From a virus, in the IMG/VR virus record IMGVR_UViG_3300037510_000655: DNA of 64,000 bases; one strand, written 5' to 3'. Positions 29,551 to 38,356 of this stretch are shown here, in pieces. The first letter of the stretch is position 1. Every line of letters starts with the position of its first letter. The notes below the pieces were generated by a model. The model was not told where the DNA came from, made no database searches, and worked only from the letters and a program-made list of their open reading frames with translations. A program made the translations under genes and the position numbers.

Positions 29551-29874
29551 TCACGGCTTGTCCAGCTCCTGCGTCTTGTGCGCGCGCTGCACCGAGGCCC
29601 CGTCGTCGATCTCCTCACCGGCGACCGCGCGCTTGATGAGCGACACGATTCGCTGGTCGACCTCACCCATGAGCGCGTTGCGCTGCAGGTTGAGATCGCT
29701 GATCTTGTGCAGGCCGTCGTACAGCTCGCGTGTGCCGAGCATATCGATCACGAACCGCTGCAGGAACTGCTCGAAGCTCATGCGCCGGATCTCGTAGATC
29801 AGCTCCTGCTGCAGGAACAGCTTCTGGTTGACGGTGGCGAGCTTGTCGACGAGCGAACCAATGGTGTCGGCCAT
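29551..29874 (-). CDS. DUF4254-like protein
   Basis: DTIGSLVDKLAT-x-N-x-KL..LNLQRNALMGEVD. Confidence 0.55.
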   Translation of the reverse strand: MADTIGSLVDKLATVNQKLFLQQELIYEIRRMSFEQFLQRFVIDMLGTRELYDGLHKISDLNLQRNALMGEVDQRIVSLIKRAVAGEEIDDGASVQRAHKTQELDKP

Positions 29875-30362
29875 CTACTTGTTCTCCTTCTTCGCGATGC
29901 AAAAGTTGATCAGCACGCCATCGTCGTTGATCTCGAGCGTGACCTGCGCAGAGGCTTTACGGAGTATAGCGGCCACGTCATCCTTCCCCATCGTCTCGAC
30001 CGTGGACGCTGCCGACTCGTAGGCCATGTGGATGATGCGCAAGATGCCGTTCTCGTCGATGGTCCACGTCTTCACGTTGTCTCCTTGCAGCAGTCACAGC
30101 CACTGTCGCCGGGCTTGCCTGCCATCAGGTTCGCCCACATGCGGCAGTGCAGACAGAGCGCGTCATTGAACTCGGCCTCGTTGTCGCAGCACTCGTGTGC
30201 ACACTTCTGCTCGTTCATGTTACTTCCATCAGAGGCGCGGCGGCCCCGGTCCTCTTCGGCCTCGGCTGTGGGGGAGTGAGTCCCGACGCCTGGCGTACTA
30301 ATCCGGTTCGGGTCATCGCCCTGGCAAGCTCACCTTTCCGCCGCGCCCCTGACAGAACCTTG

Positions 30363-31079
30363 TCATTTCGTCGTCTTGCCCGTCACAGCCCCGTGGAAAG
30401 TGGCCTGCGCCGGCATCTTTAGCTTCTTCTTCTTCTTCCACGCCTCGAGCTTGGTGTCGGGCGCATACGAGAGCAGCCCCCGCCAGCTGTAGTACACGCT
30501 GGCGTTGAGCGTCCGCAGGCTGTCCACGATCTGCATGATGACGTTGTTCTCGTCCGCGTGCTCGTTCCCACTGTAGACGCCGTACATCGAGCGCACGCCC
30601 CGGGCCGCCAGTGCCGACGTCAGCGCCTCGATGAGCGGCCGCAGCGTGGCCAGGTTGACGAGCTTGCAGCCGCGCACGACCTCGCGCAGCTTCTCGTATT
30701 TGCGCTCGGCTCGCAGCGCCCGGGACTCGGCCTTCTGCGCGCGTCGGTGCATGTTGTTGAGCTTGCCGTGCAGCTCGGACATCTCGCCGCGGAGGTCCAG
30801 CTCGACCTTCAGCTTGTCGAGCGCAGGTTCTGTGGCCTCGGTCATCTTAGATCGCTGCACCACTACGTCATCGACCTGAATATGTGACGCCTCGGCGAAG
30901 ATCTTGGACAGAGGTGCGAGTCGAACATCGTGTTCCTTCGGCAGCAAGCACCAAAGCGGCCCGCCTTCTTCCTGGACCCGGATTCGACGACCGTCGTGCC
31001 CCTTGACAATACCGAACTTGTTCCTGGCTAAATAGTTGAAGATGACCTGGGCGCCGATGGGGAAATCTTCCGGCTTCAC
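30363..31079 (-). CDS. Hypothetical protein (SH3-like N-terminus, coiled coil)
   Basis: GTG start overlaps the upstream stop; LHGKLNNMHRRAQKAESR coiled coil. Confidence 0.5.
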   Translation of the reverse strand: MKPEDFPIGAQVIFNYLARNKFGIVKGHDGRRIRVQEEGGPLWCLLPKEHDVRLAPLSKIFAEASHIQVDDVVVQRSKMTEATEPALDKLKVELDLRGEMSELHGKLNNMHRRAQKAESRALRAERKYEKLREVVRGCKLVNLATLRPLIEALTSALAARGVRSMYGVYSGNEHADENNVIMQIVDSLRTLNASVYYSWRGLLSYAPDTKLEAWKKKKKLKMPAQATFHGAVTGKTTK

Positions 31080-31987
31080 TTCAGCACCCCCTCGACCAAG
31101 GCGCGCATGCTCTCGACCTGGTAGTGGTTCGACCACAAGATCTTGGCCTTCACCGCGTCGCTCATGTACACCCAATCGGCCACACGCCTGTCGTCGGTGA
31201 AGCAGACGAAGGTCTTGTCGGGCGAGAGAAGGTTCTCGGACAGGAGCGAGAACGAGTACGGCCCCGAGCCCCTGCCGATGATGACGTCGCAGAAGCCGGA
31301 CAGGTAGGCGACCTCGGGCAAGTCGCAGTCGGTGCGGCAGATGATGGTGCGCGTGCCGATGACGTTCGCGCCCGAGAACCTGTGCGTCTCCTCGTTGGTG
31401 ACGAGGAACAACGTCTCGGGGTGAGCGTCGATGATCGGCTGCATCGCCGCTTCGAACGCGCCCGGGGGCATGTTGGTCTGCCCGGACATCGGCTGCCCGT
31501 TGCAGAGCAGGACCCACCTCCGGTGGCCTTCGTGCTGACGCTGCTCGAGGTACCACCTGTCGACGGTGTCGGCCCCGACCACCAGCCGCCAGTCGTACGT
31601 CGGCAGGAACTTGCTCAGATCCGGGTCGATGTCGTGGCCGAACCACGCCCGCAAGTGCGCCTTGAACAGCTCGTGCAGGGTGTTGAGCGTGCAGAACATC
31701 GACCCGAAGACGGGCGAGGCCGCGTACCAGGTGTTGAGGTAGACGCCGTCGAGGTGCTGGAACGAGCTGACGCCCGGGGGAGCCTCTTTGAGCATGTCCG
31801 TCAGCGGCCGGTGCTCGACCTCGGGCATGTCCACGGTCAGCCGGGGCGAATTGCGGTGGTAGTAGGTGATCTTGGCGTCAGGGTGCTGCGCGCGAGCGAG
31901 CTTGACGGTGTACTTCACCAGCTCGCGCGAGACGTGGATGTCGCCGTTGTTGCACTGGTTGTAGAAGGCGATTTCGCGGTAGGACAT
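31076..31987 (-). CDS. Putative glycosyltransferase (GT-B/GT9-like)
   Basis: NNGDIHVSR at the N-terminus; DLPEVAYLSGFCDVIIGRGSGPY resembles the GT9 C-terminal motif. Confidence 0.55.
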   Translation of the reverse strand: MSYREIAFYNQCNNGDIHVSRELVKYTVKLARAQHPDAKITYYHRNSPRLTVDMPEVEHRPLTDMLKEAPPGVSSFQHLDGVYLNTWYAASPVFGSMFCTLNTLHELFKAHLRAWFGHDIDPDLSKFLPTYDWRLVVGADTVDRWYLEQRQHEGHRRWVLLCNGQPMSGQTNMPPGAFEAAMQPIIDAHPETLFLVTNEETHRFSGANVIGTRTIICRTDCDLPEVAYLSGFCDVIIGRGSGPYSFSLLSENLLSPDKTFVCFTDDRRVADWVYMSDAVKAKILWSNHYQVESMRALVEGVLK

Positions 31988-31994
31988 GATGGAC

Positions 31995-32012
31995 TGTATA
32001 ACATTTAGCAGT
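31995..32012 (-). promoter_or_regulatory. Conserved 18-bp promoter motif (copy 2); probable leaderless transcript
   Basis: TATACA ends 7 nt before ATG 31987 and no RBS is present. Confidence 0.7.
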
Positions 32013-32023
32013 GCGGAGGTCAA

Positions 32024-32725
32024 CTACTGGCGAATCGATAGGAGCAGATTGGCCGCGGTCTCGGCGTAGACGTCGACCTCGTACTTCTTCACGATGTCGT
32101 CGATGCCGGGGTCTTTCTCGACGCAGACCAGCTCGAGGCCGACGGCTTGCGACGCCCGCGTGTACAGCGAGAGCAGGTCGTCGAGCAGGGCGCAGTTGGT
32201 GCCCTCGGTGTCGATGCTGATGAAGTGCCACTGAGGCATCGGCCGAGCAATGCCTGCCGGGCCTTCCTGTCCGGCCGCGAAATCCGTGCAGATGAGCGTG
32301 ACCAGCGGCAGCGCGTGGAGCCACATCTTCCGATAGTGGACGTGCTGCTTGCCCTCCCACGCGCTGACGTGCTCGGGAGATGTCGTGCCGACAAACAGCC
32401 CACCGGCCTCGTAGAAAGGCATGAGTCCGTGAGGCCCTCGGCGTGCTCCCAGAGAACCGGCAGCATCGACCCACATCGGCACCGCAGCAGCGTTCACCAG
32501 CGCGATGTCGGGCCGCTCGGCGTACGTCGTGATGAGCTTGGAGAAGGCCAGGGGCGAAGGCTCGACCAGGGCGCCGCCCCAGCCGCGCTCGGCCAGGGCC
32601 AGGCTGTTGCTGCAGGAGATGCCGTCGTGCGCGCCGATATCGAGGAACCGACCCTTGGTGCGGCCGCGCTCCTCGAAGAACTTGAGGATGTGGGCCTGCT
32701 CGCCGAACTGGGAGTAGTCGCGCAT
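32024..32725 (-). CDS. FkbM-family SAM-dependent methyltransferase
   Basis: YSQFGEQ, FLDIGAHDG-x-x-x-SNS, LVEPSP, ISIDTEG. Confidence 0.85.
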   Translation of the reverse strand: MRDYSQFGEQAHILKFFEERGRTKGRFLDIGAHDGISCSNSLALAERGWGGALVEPSPLAFSKLITTYAERPDIALVNAAAVPMWVDAAGSLGARRGPHGLMPFYEAGGLFVGTTSPEHVSAWEGKQHVHYRKMWLHALPLVTLICTDFAAGQEGPAGIARPMPQWHFISIDTEGTNCALLDDLLSLYTRASQAVGLELVCVEKDPGIDDIVKKYEVDVYAETAANLLLSIRQ

Positions 32726-32726
32726 G

Positions 32727-32972
32727 CTATACCTTTCGCTTCGTCTTCGGAGGTTGAGGCTGCCCAGGATAGTGCGAGCGGATGACGATCTCAGAGCGGC
32801 TGGTGGCTTTGACCGCGTCCTCGCTCTTGGCCGGGTCTTCCTGCTCGCCGAGGCAGTCGACCACCGTCACGTTCTTGAAGCCGCACCGTTTGAGCGTGCG
32901 CACGAGCAGGTGGATGAGCGTGGTCTTGCCGGCGCCGGGGTGGCCGGACACCGTGACGGTGAGCTTGCTCAT
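32727..32972 (-). CDS. Small P-loop-containing protein
   Basis: VTVSGHPGAGKTT Walker A; only 81 aa. Confidence 0.5.
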   Translation of the reverse strand: MSKLTVTVSGHPGAGKTTLIHLLVRTLKRCGFKNVTVVDCLGEQEDPAKSEDAVKATSRSEIVIRSHYPGQPQPPKTKRKV

Positions 32973-33415
32973 TTGTCGAGCGCGATCTCACCCTCGACGG
33001 TGATCGAGACCTCGCAGTCGCGCATGAACTTGAGGTCGATCTCGAAGGGATCACCGATGCGCAGCGTGTCGAGAAGCAGCTCGTTGTAGCGCGCGGTCGG
33101 ACCGAACACGACTGACGGAATGCCGTCGGGGTTGGGTGGGAACTGATTCTTACCGTTGACGCGGGCCGCCATGACACACGTGCCAATGCCTTCGCTGATC
33201 TCCTCGATGATGAGCTTCGTGCCGCGGAACAGGTGCGCGCACTTCTGCGAGAGCGTGACGAGGTCGCCGGCCTTGCCGCTGTGCTTGAATTCGAGCTTGT
33301 GGGGTTGCTTCATCGGCATGGCCTTCTTGATCTCGTCAAATTTCGCGTAATTTTCGAGATCCTCGCGCGAGAGGAATTCTTCGTGTGGAGGCGACGGAAT
33401 GTCCTTTTTCGTCAT
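32969..33415 (-). CDS. Hypothetical protein
   Basis: GGAG RBS; coupled stop/start. Confidence 0.5.
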   Translation of the reverse strand: MTKKDIPSPPHEEFLSREDLENYAKFDEIKKAMPMKQPHKLEFKHSGKAGDLVTLSQKCAHLFRGTKLIIEEISEGIGTCVMAARVNGKNQFPPNPDGIPSVVFGPTARYNELLLDTLRIGDPFEIDLKFMRDCEVSITVEGEIALDK

Positions 33416-33416
33416 T

Positions 33417-33689
33417 TCACTTCTCCTCGTGTTTACGTAAATGCTCGAGCAATTTCGGGATAGCCTCTTCATCCGTCATGTACGGACGCTTCACACGCTT
33501 GCCTTCGATTACGTGCAACATCTCCATTGGAGACAACCCTCCGCGCTCGTTGAGGCGCTCGAGACTCTGGTCGTGGTTGATCAGCGCCTGCTCTTCGTGA
33601 GGCGCCACAAAAGACCAGGGCACAGTACACGGGCAACCGAGTGCTTCTCGAACCGCCTTCTCAGCTCGCGAGAGCTGGCCCCAATGCAC
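33417..33689 (-). CDS. Small phage-type hypothetical protein
   Basis: VPWSFVAPHEEQALINHDQSLERLNERGGLS, a pattern I recall from phage hypothetical proteins. Confidence 0.5.
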   Translation of the reverse strand: MHWGQLSRAEKAVREALGCPCTVPWSFVAPHEEQALINHDQSLERLNERGGLSPMEMLHVIEGKRVKRPYMTDEEAIPKLLEHLRKHEEK

Positions 33690-33703
33690 TCGAAATGCCC
33701 GTC

Positions 33704-35293
33704 TCACTTCTCCTCTTTCTTCTCCGACCGGGGCCAGTAGAAGTAGTAGTACAAGGGCTTCTCCCCCGCCGAGACCTCGGTCTTGAGCAGCGGCAGGAGC
33801 CGGCGCGAGTAGTCGTGGTCCTCGCCGTAGGACGTCCTCGGGAACCCGGCCTGCAGCGCCAGCTCGCGCTTGACCGGGCTCAGGTGCGTCGGCGTGCGGA
33901 AGTGCACCCCATCTTTGGAGTGCCACTCCTTGTACTTCATCGAGTTGTGGAAGGGCTCGGGCGCGGCGCCGGCCGTGGTCATGACGCCGCTGATGGCGAC
34001 GGTGTCGGGCGCGCTCGACGACAGCGCATCCACGATGCTCTCGATGTAGTCGTGCGCCACCCAGTCGTCGTCGTCAACGAAGCAGACGTAGTTGCCCCTG
34101 GCGTGCTCCAGCAGCCGCTGGCGCTTCTCCCCAATGGAGGCCGAGGGCTGCATATCGAAGATCACTTCGACCAGCGAAGATCCGGCCCCGCTGTATTTCT
34201 TTGTCTGGTGCTCCAGCTCGTCAACGAGCTTGTCGAGCATGGCCGAGCGCTCGGGCATCGAGCAGATGAGGACGCTCAGAAAGGGAGGAGAAAACAGCGA
34301 AAAATCACCCTGCTTGCGCTTCTCGTAAACAGCCTTGTCCTCATCCCACAGCGCGTCGTTGCGCTTGTAGGTGGCGTCGACGTTGCTCTTGCCCGTCACG
34401 TGGTGGCGATGCTCGATCAGCATCTGGTCGATGTACGCGAGCCTGTTCATTGCCCGCAGCACCTCCGTCTGCTCCTGGTCGCACCACAGCGACTTGTACG
34501 CCGGATGGTAGACGTAGCCAAAGAGGTCGTAGAGCTTGCGCCCCATGATCGGCAGCGTGACGATGTTGTCGTGCTGGTAGCCATCGTCGAAGTAGATGGC
34601 GCCGTCGAGCTGCGGCCAACGCTTCAACATCTCGTCGCGGATGGTGACCGCGTACATCTCGCCCACCGGCACCATGTCGTCGGACGCGAGCACCAGGATG
34701 TCCCAGTTGTCGACCCGGCCACCGTTGACCGCCGCGACCTTGCTCTTGTGGGCGCCAACGGTGATGACGCAGTCAAGCGCGCGCAGCCTCTGCAGCACCT
34801 CGGCCCGCATCATGGTCTCGTCGTCCTCGTCAATCACGACCTCGATGGTGATCGGCATGCCGGCCATGCCACGGTAGCGCGCCAGCACGTCGAGCGCCTG
34901 GCGCGGCCGCCCTCGCGTTGGCATACGCACGAGCACGTGCGGCTGGCCCGCGGAGAGCATCACCGACGGCGCGAGCATCGACGTAACAGGTGGAAGTGCC
35001 GGCTTGCTCGCGGCCTTCATCCCCTGCACCGGCGGCAAGTTCATCGGCACGAACGAGATGGCGCCCCGACTCGCATCGGTCATCACGCGCCAGCCTCCGT
35101 CCTGCTCGTAGCGCCGCTGCAGGGCCGCCAGCAACTTCGGCGTCAGCTCGTCCCCGGGGAACTCGATGCGCATGGGCGTGCCGTCGAACTTGGACGCCAG
35201 CTCGTAGTCGATGCGGGCCTCGAGCTTGGCGAGCCTGGTCTTCTCCTCGGCGCTGAATGTGACGAGCGCCAGGGCATCCTGCACGGTGATCAT
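33704..35293 (-). CDS. Double-domain family 2 (GT-A) glycosyltransferase
   Basis: Domain 1: PTRGRP..DILVLASDDM; domain 2: LSVLICS..RQRLLEHARGNYVCFVDDDD..GEDHDY. Confidence 0.8.
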   Translation of the reverse strand: MITVQDALALVTFSAEEKTRLAKLEARIDYELASKFDGTPMRIEFPGDELTPKLLAALQRRYEQDGGWRVMTDASRGAISFVPMNLPPVQGMKAASKPALPPVTSMLAPSVMLSAGQPHVLVRMPTRGRPRQALDVLARYRGMAGMPITIEVVIDEDDETMMRAEVLQRLRALDCVITVGAHKSKVAAVNGGRVDNWDILVLASDDMVPVGEMYAVTIRDEMLKRWPQLDGAIYFDDGYQHDNIVTLPIMGRKLYDLFGYVYHPAYKSLWCDQEQTEVLRAMNRLAYIDQMLIEHRHHVTGKSNVDATYKRNDALWDEDKAVYEKRKQGDFSLFSPPFLSVLICSMPERSAMLDKLVDELEHQTKKYSGAGSSLVEVIFDMQPSASIGEKRQRLLEHARGNYVCFVDDDDWVAHDYIESIVDALSSSAPDTVAISGVMTTAGAAPEPFHNSMKYKEWHSKDGVHFRTPTHLSPVKRELALQAGFPRTSYGEDHDYSRRLLPLLKTEVSAGEKPLYYYFYWPRSEKKEEK

Positions 35294-35321
35294 GAGAGAG
35301 GTCCCCCTAGTTGGGTAGAAG

Positions 35322-35669
35322 CTACGACTGCGCCTTCGGTCCCGGAACCGGCGTGAAAGCTTGCGGCGACTCTTCTCCGTACGCGGCTTCAATGGCCGCG
35401 TAGGTGTCACGCGTCTGGCGCTCCCGGTGCATCATCATGGCGCCGGCCATCTTCCAGGCCGCCCGTGCCACGTCGTCGAACGGGATGCTGAGCGGCTCGC
35501 CCTTCTGCATGGCCGCCATCGTCACGCCAGTCATGAGCTGCGTCATGGCGATGGTGGCGAAGCTGTCGAAGGCCCGCTGGTCGAGGCGCGACTCTTTGTT
35601 GCTCTCGAGCGCCTCGACGGACTCGACAATCTTGTTCAAGAACTCCTGGACGTGCTCGTCGCTCACCAT
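35322..35669 (-). CDS. Hypothetical protein
   Basis: Coupled ORF; DDVARAAWKMAGAMM motif seen in small phage proteins. Confidence 0.5.
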   Translation of the reverse strand: MVSDEHVQEFLNKIVESVEALESNKESRLDQRAFDSFATIAMTQLMTGVTMAAMQKGEPLSIPFDDVARAAWKMAGAMMMHRERQTRDTYAAIEAAYGEESPQAFTPVPGPKAQS

Positions 35670-36604
35670 AGCTTCTCCGTCTCCTCCAGCGCGCGCCGGA
35701 CTTCGTCGACCTGTTGAAGCGCCCCGAACTCGGCGTGCCCTTTGATCTCGTAGTACCGACGCTTGTCGCTGTTCTTCACCATGTCCGCACACACGTCACC
35801 AAGCTTCGCGTAAGGAACACGCACCATGGTCTTGGCCGCGAAATTCTCCAGCTCGCTGTCACAACCCCCGTCCTCCGTCACCACGCATTTGCTGTTCGCC
35901 AACGCATGCGAAGTGCGGAAGATCTCGTGGATGGGGTTGTCGTAGAAGTGCGCGTTGAGGATGACCTTCGATCGTAGCATCCAGTCGTCACGCTCCTGGC
36001 CGTAGACGCCGAACAGCGTCTTCAGCTTGAGGCCGCGGGCTGCGAGATCGATGAACAGCATTGCTCGGCGAGCGTTGACCGAGCCGATGAAGAGCACGTC
36101 GACATCCTGCTCGACGGGCAGGACTTCGCTTCCTCCACAGACTGAACACCTTCCCACATATCCGCCCATCTGATCAGCGAAGTGCTGTGCGCCATGGCAC
36201 GGCGGCAATCTCACTCGCAGACCCGGCCACCAGCCGACCCGACAGTGCACCAACTTCTCGACGCCGTACCTCCGCAGTCGCTCGATGTTGGTCGTGCTGT
36301 AGTCCCACACGACGCGCTTGCGCATGACGTCGAGGTACTTTTGCCAGCCCGGCGACAGCTGCGTCAGAGGGGCCGTCGGCACCTGCTCGGCGTTGTAAAT
36401 GATCGCGCCGTCGAGCTGCACCTCGGTCACGTGCGGCGGAAGGGTGCCGTCGAAGCGGTGGATATTGAAGACGACGAGTCGATCGCGATGATGAGCTGCA
36501 CCGAGCTGCAGAAACGACCACTCGATGCCGTTGGCGACCTCCGACAGCGCCCTCCAGTGCTCTCCTGGCGCATTCGGCCGGACGATGTGCACCCGTCCAC
36601 CCAC
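35663..36604 (-). CDS. GT-B glycosyltransferase (Glyco_trans_1_2/CgeB-like)
   Basis: DVLFIGSVNARR, GVYG-x-ERD, SKVILNAHFY, EIFR, CVVTE. Confidence 0.75.
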   Translation of the reverse strand: MGGRVHIVRPNAPGEHWRALSEVANGIEWSFLQLGAAHHRDRLVVFNIHRFDGTLPPHVTEVQLDGAIIYNAEQVPTAPLTQLSPGWQKYLDVMRKRVVWDYSTTNIERLRRYGVEKLVHCRVGWWPGLRVRLPPCHGAQHFADQMGGYVGRCSVCGGSEVLPVEQDVDVLFIGSVNARRAMLFIDLAARGLKLKTLFGVYGQERDDWMLRSKVILNAHFYDNPIHEIFRTSHALANSKCVVTEDGGCDSELENFAAKTMVRVPYAKLGDVCADMVKNSDKRRYYEIKGHAEFGALQQVDEVRRALEETEKLW

Positions 36605-36605
36605 G

Positions 36606-37829
36606 CTACGCTCCCCTCTGCGCCGGCTCCTGGTCGACGACGATGTTCTTGAACGCCTCCCAGCCTCCGCCCGCCTTCATGCCCTCGCTGACGTGCTCGC
36701 GCATCAGCTCGATGTACGTGCGCTCGGGGTTGTCGCCGAGCTTGACCTTGACCTCGGGGTGCTTGCGCGCCAGCTGCTTGGCCACGGCCGCCGCCAGGTG
36801 GTGCGCCTTCCACGCGATGTCGACGGGCACCGGCAGCGAATTGTCGATGCCCGAGGCCGCCTCCGCCACCTTGGCCGCATGCGCCGCCAGCTCGTACACC
36901 TTGACCGCCGGCAGCACCTGCATCGCGAAGCGAGCGACGAAGAGCGCGACCTCGGGCCTGGTCGGGTCGTCCGCCGCCAGCTCCTGCGCGCGCCGGAGCA
37001 GCTCCGCCGGCGTATACACCGCCGTCTCGCGCGCCACGTCGATGTACTGCAGCCGGATGTAGTTGCGCTCGATCTCGTGGCCGGTCGGGATGGCGAGCCT
37101 GCGCAGGTACAGGCCCATCAGCTCGAACGCGTAGCGCATCCGCTCGCGCTCCTCGAAAAACGGGAAGAGAGACTTGTAGCTCTGCGCCAGGAAAGTGAGC
37201 GCGCGCTCGTCCTCGGGGTGCTCCTCCAGGTGCTCGCGCAGGAGCGGGATGTGGCGCTCCCAGATGTTGTTGAAGCGCACCTCGGGATCGGCGACGACGT
37301 GCTCGATGTACGCCCCGGGCACGCCGATGGTCTTGGCGCCGGGCTCGTCGCGATTGACGACGACCTCGTGCAGACCCATCGGCAGCGAGCTGTCGTACTT
37401 CCACTTGCTACCGGTGCGCAGCACGCGCGCCTGGTAGCTGCGGTCGCCCTCGAGCAGGAGCTGCATCCAGTGGCAGTCGACGTCGCTGTCGCGGTGCTGC
37501 TCGAGGTGCTCGCGGAGCTTCTCGCCGTCGCGCAGGTACTCGTCGCCGGAGAGCATGAGTTGGAAGACAGCGTCGTGCGTGACCGCGTCAACACCGAGGG
37601 CGAAATTCCTCGCCTCGTCGTAGCGAAACTCCAGCATCGGCTGCACGACGAGTCGCTTACTGCTCACCCCACCGAACATCTCGCGCACGATGCTCTGCGT
37701 GTCGTCGGTCGAGCCTGTGTCGACAATCGTCGCTCGGTCGACGTGTGGGAGCGCCGCCTCGAGCACGGCCTTGATGTTGGACGCCTCGTTCTTGACGATC
37801 ATCACGAGACTGAGCAAGGGGCGCGTCAT
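36606..37829 (-). CDS. Family 2 glycosyltransferase with a TPR-like C-terminus
   Basis: LSLVMIVKNEA, IVDTGSTDDT, SGDEYL, LHEV, YL-x-QSY helical repeats. Confidence 0.85.
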   Translation of the reverse strand: MTRPLLSLVMIVKNEASNIKAVLEAALPHVDRATIVDTGSTDDTQSIVREMFGGVSSKRLVVQPMLEFRYDEARNFALGVDAVTHDAVFQLMLSGDEYLRDGEKLREHLEQHRDSDVDCHWMQLLLEGDRSYQARVLRTGSKWKYDSSLPMGLHEVVVNRDEPGAKTIGVPGAYIEHVVADPEVRFNNIWERHIPLLREHLEEHPEDERALTFLAQSYKSLFPFFEERERMRYAFELMGLYLRRLAIPTGHEIERNYIRLQYIDVARETAVYTPAELLRRAQELAADDPTRPEVALFVARFAMQVLPAVKVYELAAHAAKVAEAASGIDNSLPVPVDIAWKAHHLAAAVAKQLARKHPEVKVKLGDNPERTYIELMREHVSEGMKAGGGWEAFKNIVVDQEPAQRGA

Positions 37830-38341
37830 CGCTGACCGTTACGCGCCTGCTTCGGCGCCTTGTCGGCGGGCGTCGGAATCGGCGCCGCGTTCCTGGCCGG
37901 CTGCGGAGCCGACGGGCGCGGAATCTCCGCGTCCTCGTCGTCAGGCAGGGGGCCGGTGCCGTTCTGCACCACGGTCGGCGTCACGCCCGTCGGAAACGGT
38001 GGGTGACCCTCGGCGGGCTCCTCGGCTGCCTGCTGCGCCTGCGGACCGGGAGCAGCAGAGGTGGCGGACTGCGCCTGCGGTTGCTCCTCGGCACCGAACA
38101 CGTGCGCGGCGACCGCCTCGATGGCCTCGCCCAGCTCTTGATCTTGCAGCCCGAGCTGCACCGCGGCCGACGCCACCTTGTCGACGTTCTCGGCCAGCTC
38201 AACGATGATGGAGGCGAGCACGTACTCGCGCTGCGTCTCTGGCACGAACTTCTCGAGGAGAAGCTTGCGATAGGTCCCCGCCCGAGGCTTCCACCGGGGC
38301 TTGGGGGGCGTCTGTTGCTGTTGCTGCGTGGTCTCGGGCAT
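37826..38341 (-). CDS. Hypothetical protein with a Pro/Gln-rich tail
   Basis: Coupled to the GT2 gene; contains HVFG. Confidence 0.55.
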   Translation of the reverse strand: MPETTQQQQQTPPKPRWKPRAGTYRKLLLEKFVPETQREYVLASIIVELAENVDKVASAAVQLGLQDQELGEAIEAVAAHVFGAEEQPQAQSATSAAPGPQAQQAAEEPAEGHPPFPTGVTPTVVQNGTGPLPDDEDAEIPRPSAPQPARNAAPIPTPADKAPKQARNGQR

Positions 38342-38356
38342 GTTCCTCGCTCTCCT

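Noticed and set aside
32727-32972. P-loop ORF as the packaging ATPase
   Set aside because: Only 81 aa, with no A32/FtsK arginine-finger region; it lies in the glycosylation cluster.
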